DNA from: Octopus sinensis
Lineage: Eukaryota
Length of the DNA: 64,000 bases
Assembly: GCF_006345805.1 (NCBI RefSeq)
Contig: NC_043025.1
Location: 11,780,001 to 11,844,000 of the forward strand
Reading direction: 5' to 3'
The position numbers were made by a program, and so were the translations under genes. Numbering within the stretch: the stretch's first letter is position 1; each line of letters opens with the position of its first letter. Shown here in pieces: positions 48,658 to 61,100 of this stretch. The notes under the pieces were generated by a model. The model searched no databases. It saw nothing but the letters and a program-made list of their open reading frames with translations, and had not been told where the DNA came from.

Positions 48658-50144
48658 TTAACCCTTTTGTTACTAACCTAGCCAAAACCGGCTCTGGGTC
48701 TGTAGTAAAAATGTCTTGTTTTCATAAGTTCTGAATTAAAATCTTCCACCAAACCTTAGTCACAATTTATGTTCCTAACACTAGCTGAATGATAACTAAG
48801 TTATTTTACTAAATTCTTTGTTATATTTAAAGTAATTGAAAGAAACACAGAGCATTTCAGCAGAAATATGGTAACAGAAGGGTTAAAATATATAATAGAG
48901 AATCAATTCTTAACCCTTTTGATACCAACCCGGCTTAAACCACCTCTGGCTCTGAGTACAAATGTCTTGTTTTCATAAGTTCTGAATTAAAATCTTCCAC
49001 CAAACCTTAGTCATAATTTATGTTCCTAACACTAGCTGAATGATAACTAAGTTATTTTACTAAATTCTTTGTTATATTTAAAGTAATTGAAAGAAACACA
49101 GAGCATCTCAGCAGAAATATGGTAACAAAAGGGTTAAGATATATAATAGAGAATCAATTCTTAACCCTTTTGATACCAACCTGGCTGAAACCACCTCTGG
49201 CTCTGAGTACAAATGTCTTGTTTTCTTAAGTTTTGAATTATAATCTTCCACCAAACCTTAGTCACAATTTATGTTCCTAACACTAGCTTAATGATAACTA
49301 AGTTATTTTACTAAATTCTTTGTTATATTTAAGTAATTGAAAGAAACACAGAGCATCTCAACATCGAAATATGGTAACAAAAGGGTTAAGTATATAATAG
49401 AGAAACAATTCTTAACCCTTTTGATACCAACCTGGTTGAAACCACCTCTGGCTCTGTAGTACAAATGTCTTGTTTTCATAAGTTCTGAATTAAAATCTTC
49501 CACCAAACCTTAGTCACAATTTATGTTCCTAACACTAGCTGAATGATAACTAAGTTATTTTACTAAATTCTTTGTTATATTTAAAGTAATTGAAAGAAAC
49601 ACAGAGCATCTCAGCAGAAATATGGTAACAAAAGGGTTAAAATATATAATAGAGAATCAATTCTTAACCCTTTTGATACCAACCTGGTTGAAACCACCTC
49701 TGGCTCTGAGTACAAATGTCTTGTTTTCTTAAGTTTTGAATTATAATCTTCCACCAAACCTTAGTCACAATTTATGTTCCTAACACTAGCTTAATGATAA
49801 CTAAGTTATTTTACTAAATTCTTTGTTATATTTAAAGTAATTGAAAGAAACACAGAGCATCTCAACAGAAATATGGTAACAAAAGGGTTAAGATATATAA
49901 TAGAGAAACAATTCTTAACCCTTTTGATACCAACCTGGTTGAAACCACCTCTGGCTCTGTAGTACAAATGTCTTGTTTTCATAAGTTTTGAATTATAATC
50001 TTCCACCAAACCTTAGTCACAATTTATGTTCCTAACACTAGCTGAATGATAACTAAGTTATTTTACTAAAGTCTTTCTTATATTTAAAGTAATTGAAAGA
50101 AACACAGAGCATCTCAAAATAGATACAGGAACCAAAGGGTTAAG
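48658..50144. repeat. Tandem array of six piggyBac-type MITEs (~251-bp period)
   Basis: TTAACCCTTTT starts at 48658, 48910, 49161, 49412, 49664 and 49915. Units 1-5 end GGTAACA(A/G)AAGGGTTAA (unit 6 ends GGAACCAAAGGGTTAA) and are separated by a conserved 23-bp spacer. Confidence 0.95.
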
Positions 50145-50209
50145 TGGCCCTTCAGAAATTGAACCTTCTTACGATACCATTATCATTGCTCCGATTTGGT
50201 TGCCGATAG

Positions 50210-50860
50210 GATATGTATGTATGTATGTATGCATGCAGGTGTGTATGTATGTTTGTATGTATGCATGTATGTATGATGTATATATTTATGTATGTATAAT
50301 GTATGTATGTATGTATGTATGTATTTATGTATGTATGTATGTATGCATGTAGGTGTGTATGTATGTTTGTATGTATGCATGTATGTATGATGTATATATT
50401 TATGTATGTATAATGTATGTATGTATGTATGTATTTATGTATGTATGTATGTATGTATGCATGCAGGTGTGTATGTATGTTTGTATGTATGCATGTATGT
50501 ATGTATGCATGCATGTATGTATGATGTATATATTTATGTATGTATAATGTATGTATGTATGTATGTATGTATGTATAATGTATGTATGTATGTATGTATG
50601 TATGTTTGTATGTATGTATGTATGATGTATATATTTATGTATGTATAATGTATGTATGTATGTATGTATGATGTATGTATTTATGTATTTATGTGTGTAT
50701 GTATGTATGTGTGTATGTATGTATTTATGTATGTATGTATGTATATACGTATGTATATATATGTGTATGCATGCGTGTATGTATGTGTGTATGTTTGTAT
50801 ATATGTATATATGCATGTATGTTTGCATGCATGTATGTATGTATACATGTATGTATGCCT
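50210..50860. repeat. (ATGT)n microsatellite
   Basis: Seen directly. Confidence 0.95.
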
Positions 50861-51476
50861 GTCTTTAGCCCCTTGTGGGTAGTAAAGAAAAATATACACT
50901 GGTTTCATTTCTTTCAAGGCCTGTGACAAAATCTGCTCCAGCCTGGCCCATCCCACAATCTGTTCCAGTATTTTTAACAGCTGCATTTTCTGCTCAGCCT
51001 CACCTTTTATTTCAAAGCAAACAGGAAAAACTGGTTTGAGGAAATTGTAATGTTCTTTTCTTTTTACTCTTTTACTTGTTTCAGGCATTTGACTGCGGCC
51101 ATGCTGGAGCACCGCCTTTTAGTCGAGAAAATCGACCCCCGGGACTTATTCTTTTTTGTAAGCCCAGTACTTATTCTATCGGTTCTCTTTTTGCCGAACC
51201 GCTAAGTGACGGGGACGTAAACACACCAGCATCGGTTGTCAAGCAATGCTTAGGGGACAAACACAGACACACGAACACACACATATATATATATATTACA
51301 TATATATATATATATACAAAGAGCAATAAAGATTCAAGTTAATTTAAAAAATTTACTTGAATATGGTACCTAACTTAGATGCACCAAAAAAAAACTATAC
51401 TGATTTAACAATACAGTAATGTGGGGTGATTATAAGCGAGAAAGAAGCAACAAGAATCTCGCTTATATATATATAC

Positions 51477-51507
<31 letters not shown>

Positions 51508-51542
51508 CTATATATATATATATATTATATATATATATATAC

Positions 51543-51596
<54 letters not shown>

Positions 51597-51687
51597 ATAT
51601 ACATATAATATATATACATATATATATATACATATATATATATACATATATATATATACATATATATATATACATATATATATATAC

Positions 51688-51718
<31 letters not shown>

Positions 51719-51733
51719 CATATATATATATAC

Positions 51734-51784
<51 letters not shown>

Positions 51785-52330
51785 TATATATATATACACA
51801 CACACATATATACGACAGGCTTCTTTCAGTTTCCGTCTACCAACTCCACTCACAAGGCTTTGGTCAGCCCGAGGCTATAGCAGAAGACACTTGCCCAAGA
51901 TGCCACGCAGTGGGACTGAACCTGGAACCATGTGGTTGGTAAGCAATCTACTTACCACACAGCCACTCCTGCGCCTATGTTTATTTACAATATATTTCCC
52001 ATTTTGAGACATGAGCGGTGGTGGAGCGATAGAGTAGTTGAATACTGTCAACTCAACGTGACAAAATTTATATAAATATTATCTCGTTAAGAGTTAAGTA
52101 CTTCCTAGTAATTATCTGACAAAGGCCATTTGTTGTTTTTATTTAACCTAGAGTGGTGTGGTAACTACGGAAGGAGTCACTAAGGAACTTGGTTGAATAC
52201 TAGAAATACCAAAGTTTGAAGGAAGGGAAACTGTGTTGCTGCTTGGCGTGCTAGAAATAACAACCAAATCTCCCTCTAATCATGACTCCTTTACTGTTGG
52301 CATAAAAAAGAAATAAAAGAAACGTGTACA

Positions 52331-52503
52331 TAGGCACAGGAGTGGCTGTGTGGTAAGTAGCTTGCTTACCAACCGCATGGTTCCGGGTTCAGTCCCACTG
52401 CATGGCACCTTCGGCAAGTGTCTTCTACTATAGCCTCGGGCCGACCAAAGCCTTGTGAGTGGATTTGGTAGACGGAAACTGAAAGAAGCCCGTCGTATAT
52501 ATG

Positions 52504-52534
<31 letters not shown>

Positions 52535-52910
52535 ATATGTTTGTGTGTCTGTGTTTGTCCCCCTAGCATTGCTTGACAACCGATGCTGGTGTGTTTACGT
52601 CCCCGTAACTTAGCGGTTCGGCAAAAAGAGACCGATAGAATAAGTACTAGGCTTACAAAGAATATGTCCTGGGATCGATTTGCTGGACTAAAGGCGGTGC
52701 TCCAGCATGGCCACAGTCAAATGACTGAAACAAGTAAAAGAGAGTATAGGCACAGGAGTGGCTGTGTGGTAAGAAGCTTGCTTCCTAACTGCATGGTTCT
52801 GGGTTCAGTCCCACTGTATGGCACCTTGGGCAAGTGTCTTCTATAACAGCCCCAAGCCAAGCAAAGCTTTGTGAGTCGATTTGGTAGATGGAAACTGAAA
52901 GAAGCCCATT
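52331..52910 (+). mobile_element. SINE family 1, full copy followed by a head-only copy
   Basis: Two GGCACAGGAGTGGCTGTGTGG heads, at 52332 and 52747. Confidence 0.85.
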
Positions 52911-52919
52911 ACATATATA

Positions 52920-53700
52920 TGACTGGCCCCATGCCGGTGGCACGTACGAAGTGCCATTTGATTGTGGTTGTTGTCAGCGCCACCTGACTGGTTCCTGTGT
53001 TGGTAGGACGTAAAAAGCACCATTCGAGCGTGATCGGTGCCAGTACCACCTGACTGGCCCCCAGCTGGTGGCACGTAAAAAGCACCACTCTAAGAATGGT
53101 TGGCAATTGGGGCCCGGTGCAGCCTCCTGGCTTGCCAGTCCTCAGTCAAATTATCCAACTCATTCCGTGTCGGTGGCACATAAAAAGCACCATCCGAATC
53201 GTGGCCGAAGCCAGTGCCGCCTCAACTGGCTTCCGTGCAGGTGGCACGTAAAATGCACCAATCCGACCGTGGCCGATGCCAGTGCCGCCTCGACTGGCTT
53301 CCGTGTCAGTGGCACGTAAAAAGCACCATCCGAAGCCAGTGCCGCCTTGACTGGCTTCCATAAAATGCACCAATCCGAATCGTGGCCGAAGCCAGTGCCA
53401 CCTCGACTGGCTTCCGTGCATTTGGCACGTAAAATGCTCCAATCCGACCGTGGCCGATGCCAGCCTCGCCTGGCTCCAGTGCAGGTGGCACGTAAAAAGC
53501 GCCCACTACACTCACGGAGTGGTTGGCGTTAGGAAGGGCATCCAGCTGTAGAAACATTGCCAGATAAGACCGGAGCCTGGTGCAGCCTTCTGGCCTCCCA
53601 GATCCCCGGTCGAACCGTCCAACCCATGCTAGCATGGAGAACGGACGTTAAACGATGATGATGATGCCAGCATGGAAAGTGGATGTTAAACAACGATGAT
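52920..53700 (+). mobile_element. Short element consisting of the RTE 3' UTR (modular GGCACRTAAAA repeats) plus (GAT)n tail
   Basis: Same end as the RTE copies. Others at 1-95(+), ~2590-3130(-), 5420-5650(-) and 6260-6585(-). Confidence 0.75.
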
Positions 53701-54807
53701 GATGACAATGTGTGTGTGTGTGTGTGTGTGTGTGGAAAAGACACAGTTTGGGAGTTATTACAGCCAAGAATCTTTCCAAACATCACATTCCACTTGAACA
53801 GAGATTTCGAGACATCAAAGAAATCCAAGAGAATGCCAGAAAATAGCTAATCACTATCCCAAAATTCTTCTGCTGTTGTCTTCTTCTTCTTCCAATCAGG
53901 ACTCCCGCCATTAGCCACAAAGAATAATCTCTAATTCGAGCCTACTCTAAGCTACTAAGAGTGCATGTGGCAACTTGAAGATCCATCCACCACACGCGAT
54001 AGACTGGCGGTTGCACGGGCACGGAAGCTACGTTGTTATCCTCATTCTGTAAACGGTGGCTTTTTTAACGGGTGGAGAGTTGACATCCTGGGGTACAGAG
54101 GATTCGCAATCTAGACTAGGGTCTGAAAGTTTACCACACCAAAGTGGGTTACACCATGGTTCCTCTGCTTTGGGGCAGAAGTAGGAAGAAAGAGTGAGAG
54201 AAAGTTTTGGTGAAAGAGTACAGTGGGGTTCACCACCCTCCCCCGCTGGAGCCTCGTGGAGCCTCGTGGAGCTTAGGCGTTTTTGCCAGTCAAGCGGTGC
54301 TGGCATCTGCCATGTTCGGACAGTATATTTTACGTGTCACCGGCATAGGTGTCTTAACTACAATTTCCATTTGATTTTTATTTTGATGTTGGTGTTTGTT
54401 TGTTGAGCGAAGTGGTCTTTGTCCCTATGGGAGAAGTCCAAAATGTGGTCCTTTGCTATTTGTAAGACCCGCAGAAGAGAAAGTAGGTCAACCCCCGACA
54501 CCGAGAGCATCGACGGATGGATGAATGCGCATCCAGGCTCAGCGGTTGCGTAGGAAGTCGGGGACAAGAAACAGGAAGAAAGAGTGAGAGAAAGTTGGGG
54601 GCGAAAGAGTACAACAGGGATCGCCACCACCCCCTGCCAGAGCCTCGTGGAGCTTTAGGTGTTTTCGCTCAATAAACACACACAACGCCCTGTCTGGGAA
54701 TCGAAACCGCGTTCTTTTGACCGTGAGTCCGCTGCCCTAACCAATGGGTCATTGCACTTCCATATTGCTGCTGTTAGATAGTTTTCATCTACAACTGATA
54801 TATTTCC

Positions 54808-55549
54808 ATGTTTTCGATCTAATTTGGATTCTTTGCCATCAAATTTGAATTCTTTGCAATCAGATTTGAATGTTTCAATTGGAGAGTTAAACTACATCAG
54901 CCATAAGGGAATACATGTCTATCTTATCTAACTCAGATATCAATTGGTGGGCTCTACTGGACGAGTTAGGTAAGATAGACATGTATTCCTTTACGGCTGA
55001 TGTAGTTTAACCCTTTAGTGTTCGCATTATTCTGCCAAAATTAATCCTTTTTTATCCACATTGTTTTGAACTAATCAGGCATTATCTTGTAGCTATGAGA
55101 TTTTGATGAGGTAGCTGTTCATTTTTAAAACGATATTGTAGGGTTGGTGTGAGAGACCAGATCTGGCCAGTTTGAACATAAAACAGGCAGAATACTTTTG
55201 GCCGGATATGGGGGCCAGTTTAAATGCTAAAGGGTTAACTTTCTTTTATTTTCTAGGCTTGAGCACCAATTGAAAAATTCAAATTTGATAGCAAAGAATT
55301 CAAATTTGATGGCAAAGAATTCAAATTTACTCTTTACTCTTTTACTCTTTTACTTGTTTCAGTCATTTGACTGCGGCCATGCTGGAACACCGCCTTTAGT
55401 CGAGCAACTCGACCCCCGGGACTTATTCTTTTTGTAAGCCCAGTACTTATTCTATCGGCCTCTTTTTGCCGAACCACTAAGTGACGGGGACATAAGCACA
55501 CCAGCATCGGTTGTCAAGCAATGCTAGGGGAACAAACACAGACACACAA

Positions 55550-55580
<31 letters not shown>

Positions 55581-55776
55581 CATATATACGACAGGCTTCT
55601 TTCAGTTTCCGTCTACCAAATCCACTCACAAGGCATTGGTCGGCCCGGGGCTATAGCAGAAGACACTTGCCCAAGATGCCACGTAGTGGGACTGAACCCG
55701 GAACCATGTGGTTGGTTAGCAAGCTACTTACCACACAGCCACGATGGCAAAGAACCCAAACTAGATCGAAAACATC
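54808..55776. mobile_element. TIR element hosting a hairpin, a piggyBac MITE and a SINE, just upstream of the first coding exon
   Basis: ATGTTTTCGATCTAATTTGGATTCTTTGCCATC is inverted relative to 55743-55775; TATATTTC(C) occurs on both flanks. Confidence 0.65.
55011..55234 (-). mobile_element. piggyBac-type MITE
   Basis: TTAA|CCCTTTAG ... CTAAAGGG|TTAA; reverse complement of 6718-6939. Confidence 0.88.
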
Positions 55777-55907
55777 TATATTTCCATGATTCTTTAACAC
55801 TATACAGCTATTTTTTATATCCTTTCAGATTCCAGTGAAAAAGATGAACCATTATTTTCCAAAATGAAACCTTTTTTTTTTGTTTTTATCTCCTTTCAGA
55901 TTCTAAC

Positions 55908-56092
55908 ATGAGAGTCAGTTCAGTAAGGGCTCTGCTAGTGGTGGGGCTGGTGGGTGTGGCCCTCATCACAACAGCCACTGCTGCTGCTAACGAAGACCTC
56001 ATCCACAGCCTGCCTGGTCTGAAGAAGCAACCCATGTTTCAACAATACTCAGGGTACTTAGATGGCATTGATGGCCGTCACCTTCATTATTG
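55908..56092 (+). CDS. CTSA: Cathepsin A / lysosomal protective protein-like serine carboxypeptidase (S10), first coding exon
   Basis: ATG at 55908 follows a polypyrimidine/TTTCAG acceptor (AG 55898-55899). Encodes a hydrophobic signal peptide then [33 protein letters not shown], the typical S10 N-terminus. Donor TG|GTGAGT at 56093 splits the Trp codon (phase 2). Confidence 0.9.
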
Positions 56093-56184
56093 GTGAGTAA
56101 GGGCTTTCAAACCCCGAATCAAAAAAATTTCTTCATGTGATTATCCTGCCTTTCAGCCATAAGTACGTCAACACCAACATCAGT

Positions 56185-56805
56185 GGAGGTGTAATGGCCC
56201 AGTGGTTAGGGCAGCGGACTTGCGGTCGGAGGATCGCGGTTTCGATTCCCAGACCGGGTGTTGTGTGTGTGTTTATTGAGCGAAAACACCTAAAGCTTCA
56301 TGAGGCTCCGGCAGGGGGTTAGGGGGTTGTGCCGACCCCTGTTGTACTCTTTTGCCCCAACTTTCTCTCTCACTCTTTCTTCCTGTTTCTTGTCCCCGAC
56401 TTCCTACGCAACCGCTGAGCCTGGATGCGCATTCATCCATCCGTCGATGCTCTCGGTGTCGGGGTTTGACCTGCTTTCTCTTCTGTGGGTCTTACGAATA
56501 GCAAAGGACCACATTTCGGACTTCTCCCATCTTGCGAGCTCTGGGACTAAGACCATTCGCTCAACAGCAACAGCAATGGCCCAATGTTTAGGGCAGCGGA
56601 TTCGCGGTCGGAGGATCGCGGTTTCGGTTCCAGGACCGGGCGTTGTGTGTGTGTGTTTATTGAGCGAAAACACCTAAAGCTCCACGAGGCTCTAGCAGGG
56701 GGTGGTGGCGACCCTTGTTGTACTCTTTCGGTCCAACTTTCTCTCACTCTTTCTTCCTGTTTCTTGTCCTCGACTTCCTATGCAACCGCTGAGCCAGAAT
56801 GCGAC
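56185..56805 (+). mobile_element. Two SINE family 2 copies in intron 1
   Basis: tRNA-like heads at ~56185 and ~56575, followed by the family body. Confidence 0.85.
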
Positions 56806-57041
56806 GGTGGCAGCGAAATTCTTATGGTATGAATGAGTTTTGGTGTTGTTGGTCGTAGTGGTGGTACCAATGGCTTTCTCTCACTCTCTCTCCCCCCTTT
56901 CTCACTTTCCCTATCTTTCTCTCTTCCTCTTTCTCTCTCCACCTCTCCTCCCCCTCTCTCTCCATCTACCCCTCTCCCTCTCTCTCTCTCTCTCTCTCTC
57001 TGTCTCAAATATAATTCTGCTCTTTTTCTCTCCCTAAAAAG

Positions 57042-57153
57042 GTTAGTGGAATCTCAGCAGAACCCCAAAACTGACCCCTTGGTTTTGTGGATGAATGGAG
57101 GTCCAGGGTGTAGCTCATTGCTGGCTGTGCTGACTGAACATGGGCCCTACGTT
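57042..57153 (+). CDS. CTSA: S10 carboxypeptidase coding exon 2 (oxyanion-hole motif)
   Basis: AG|G acceptor completes the Trp codon, then [37 protein letters not shown]; donor GTAAGT at 57154. 112 nt, in frame with exon 1 (185+112=297). [10 protein letters not shown] is the S10 hallmark. Confidence 0.93.
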
Positions 57154-57528
57154 GTAAGTATTGATACAAGCAATGCATCATGTTGTTGTCGTTGTTGTTG
57201 TTGGTCACCTCAAGCGCCTGAGAATTAACTCTCAGAGGCGCTAGGGTGCTTTTTATGTGCCACCAGCACCAGTAAATTCATAAAAGTTGTGAGACAAGGC
57301 TCTTCAAAAGATGGGTATGTATTATTCGAGGGAGATTGTTATATGACTGATGACGAGAGGTTAAATCATGAAAGAGGGACTGAAACAGGCATGTTACTTG
57401 CAGAGGAGGTGTGGGCCATCTAGGTTGTAAAAGGAGAGAAGATGGTGAAGAGGTATCGGGGCATATCCTCAAGTTACACACCAGCATCGGTTGTCAAGCG
57501 ATGTTGGGGGGACAAACACAGACACACA

Positions 57529-57856
<328 letters not shown>

Positions 57857-58123
57857 ATGGGCTTCTTTCAGTTTCCGTCTACCAAATCCACTCACAAGGT
57901 CTTGGTCGGCCCAAGGCTATAGTAGAAGACACTTGCCCAAGGTGCCACGCAGTGGAACTGAACCCGGAACCATGTGGTTGGTAAACAAGCTACTTACCAC
58001 ACAGCCACTCCTGCACCTATAAAACTTTTTTGTGTATGTATAATTATTGCCAGCACTCTTTTCTTCTAAGTCTGTTGTATTTGATATGGGTAATTATATT
58101 GATGGATTAATTGCTTTATTAAT

Positions 58124-61100
58124 AACTAGCAGTATCGCCCGGCATTGCTCGGGTTTGTTTCGACCCTTTAGAATTGGAATTTTTGAAGAGTAAAAATTTT
58201 GCATTATGTAGCTTGTTATTCTCTTTAAGTGAACATTTTTCTGGTTGAAATACACCAAAAAATGGCGACACAGCAGTCAAAAAATCGTAAAAAATAGGGA
58301 TTTCCATAGAAAGAAAGCACCTTTTTGATGTAAATAATTTTTGGTGTTAACATGGTCCAATTTTAATTTTTTCTTCTACGGAACGAAGAGCAAGCCTTCT
58401 TCTATCATACTCTTAATTTTGGTCAACTTGCGCCGCAGGGTCTTGGAGGAGATAGTGTTAGTTGAAGACTACCAAACCTGCCATACACAGACAACTTCAG
58501 CTTTATAAATCGTAAAAAATAGGGATTTTCATAGAAAAAAAAGCACCTTTTTGATGTAAATAATTTCTGGTGTTAACATGGTCCGATTTGAATTTTTTCT
58601 TCAACGGAATGAAGAGCAAGCCTTCTTCTATCATACTCTCAATTTTGGTCAACTTGCGCCGCAGGGTCACGGAGGAGATAGTGTTAGTTGAAGGCTACTA
58701 AACCTACCATACACAGACAACTTCAGCTTTAGAAATTGTAAACAATAGGGATTTTCATAGAAAAAAAGCACCTTTTTGATGTAAATAATTTCTGGTGTTA
58801 ACATGGTCCGATTTGAATTTTTTCTTCAACGGAATGAAGAGCAAGCCTTCTTCTATCATACTCTCAATTTTGGTCAACTTGTGCCGCAGGGTCTTGGAGG
58901 AGATAGTGTTAGTTGAAGGCTACCAAACCTGCCACACACTGACAACTTCACATAGAAAAAAAAGCACCTTTTTGATGCAAATAATTTTTGGTGTCAACAT
59001 AGTCCGATTTAATTTTTTCTTCTACGGAATGAAGAGCAAGCCTTCTTCTATCATACGCTCAATTTTGGTCAACTTGCGCCACAGGGTCACAGAGGAGATA
59101 GTGTTAGTTGAAGGCTACTAAACCTACCATACACAGACAACTTCAGCTTTAGAATTGTAAACAATAGGGATTTTCATAGAAAAAAAAGCACCTTTTTGAT
59201 GGAAATAATTTTTGGTGTTAACATGGTCCGATTTGAATTTTTTCTTCAACGGAATGAAGAGCAGCCTTCTTCTATCATACGCTCAATTTTGGTCACTTGC
59301 GCCGCAGGGTCTTGGAGGAGATAGTGTTAGTTGAAGGCTACTAAACCTACCATACACAGACACTTCAGCTTAGAAATTGTAAACAATAGGGATTTTCATA
59401 GAAAAAAAGCACCTTTTTGATGCAAATAATTTTTGGTGTTAACATGGTCCGATTTGAATTTTTTCTTCAACGGAATGAAGAGCAAGCCTTCTTCTATCAT
59501 ACGCTCAATTTTGGTCAACTTGCGCCGCAGGGTCTCGGAGGAGATAGTGTTAGTTGAAGGCTACTAAACCTACCATACACAGACAACTTCAGCTTTAGAA
59601 ATTGTAAACAATAGGGATTTTCATAGAAAAAAAGCACCTTTTTGATGCAAATAATTTTTGGTGTTAACATGGTCCGATTTGAATTTTTTCTTCAACGGAA
59701 TGAAGAGCAAGCCTTCTTCTATCATACGCTCAATTTTGGTCAACTTGCGCCGCAGGGTCTCGGAGGAGATAGTGTTAGTTGAAGGCTACTAAACCTACCA
59801 TACACAGACAACTTCAGCTTTAGAAATTGTAAACAATAGGGATTTTCATAGAAAAAAAGCACCTTTTTGATGTAAATAATTTCTGGTGTTAACATGGTCC
59901 GATTTGAATTTTTTCTTCAACGGAATGAAGAGCAAGCCTTCTTCTATCATACTCTCAATTTTGGTCAACTTGTGCCGCAGGGTCTTGGAGGAGATAGTGT
60001 TAGTTGAAGGCTACCAAACCTGCCACACACTGACAACTTCAGCTTTAGAAATTGTAAACAATAGGGATTTTCATAGAAAAAAAGCACCTTTTTGATGTAA
60101 ATAATTTCTGGTGTTAACATGGTCCGATTTGAATTTTTTCTTCAACGGAATGAAGAGCAAGCCTTCTTCTATCATACTCTCAATTTTGGTCAACTTGTGC
60201 CGCAGGGTCTTGGAAGATAGTGTTAGTTGAAGGCTACCAAACCTGCCACACACTGACAACTTCACATAGAAAAAAAAGCACCTTTTTGATGCAAATAATT
60301 TTTGGTGTCAACATAGTCCGATTTAATTTTTTCTTCTACGGAATGAAGAGCAAGCCTTCTTCTATCATACGCTCAATTTTGGTCAACTTGCGCCGCAGGG
60401 TCTTGGAGGAGATAGTGTTAGTTGAAGGCTACTAAACCTACCATACACAGACAACTTCAGCTTTAGAAATTGTAAACAATAGGGATTTTCATAGAAAAAA
60501 AGCACCTTTTTGATGCAAATAATTTTTGGTGTTAACATGGTCCGATTTGAATTTTTTCTTCAACGGAATGAAGAGCAATCCTTCTTCTATCATACGCTCA
60601 ATTTTGGTCAACTTGCTCCGCAGGGTCTCGGAGGAGATAGTGTTAGTTGAAGGCTACTAAACCTACCATACACAGACAACTTCAGCTTTAGAAATTGTAA
60701 ACAATAGGGATTTTCATAGAAAAAAAAGCACCTTTTTGATGCAAATAATTTTTGGTGTTAACATGGTCCGATTTGAATTTTTTCTTCAACGGAATGAAGA
60801 GCAAGCCTTCTTCTATCATACGCTCAATTTTGGTCAACTTGCGCCGCAGGGTCTTGGAGGAGATAGTGTTAGTTGAAGGCTACTAAACCTACCATACACA
60901 GACAACTTCAGCTTTAGAAATTGTAAACAATAGGGATTTTCATAGAAAAAAAAGCACCTTTTTGATGCAAATAATTTTTGGTGTTAACATGGTCCGATTT
61001 GAATTTTTTCTTCAACGGAATGAAGAGCAAGCCTTCTTCTATCATACGCTCAATTTTGGTCAACTTGCGCCGCAGGGTCTTGGAGGAGATAGTGTTAGTT

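Noticed and set aside
50890-51050. Protein-like minus-strand stretch GEAEQKMQLLKILEQIVGWARLEQILSQALKEMKP
   Set aside because: No family recognised and no convincing splice sites; a tBLASTx search would be needed.
56094-56096. In-frame TGA ending the 62-aa ORF (possible pseudogene or readthrough)
   Set aside because: It lies within the GTGAGT splice donor; the spliced frame is open.
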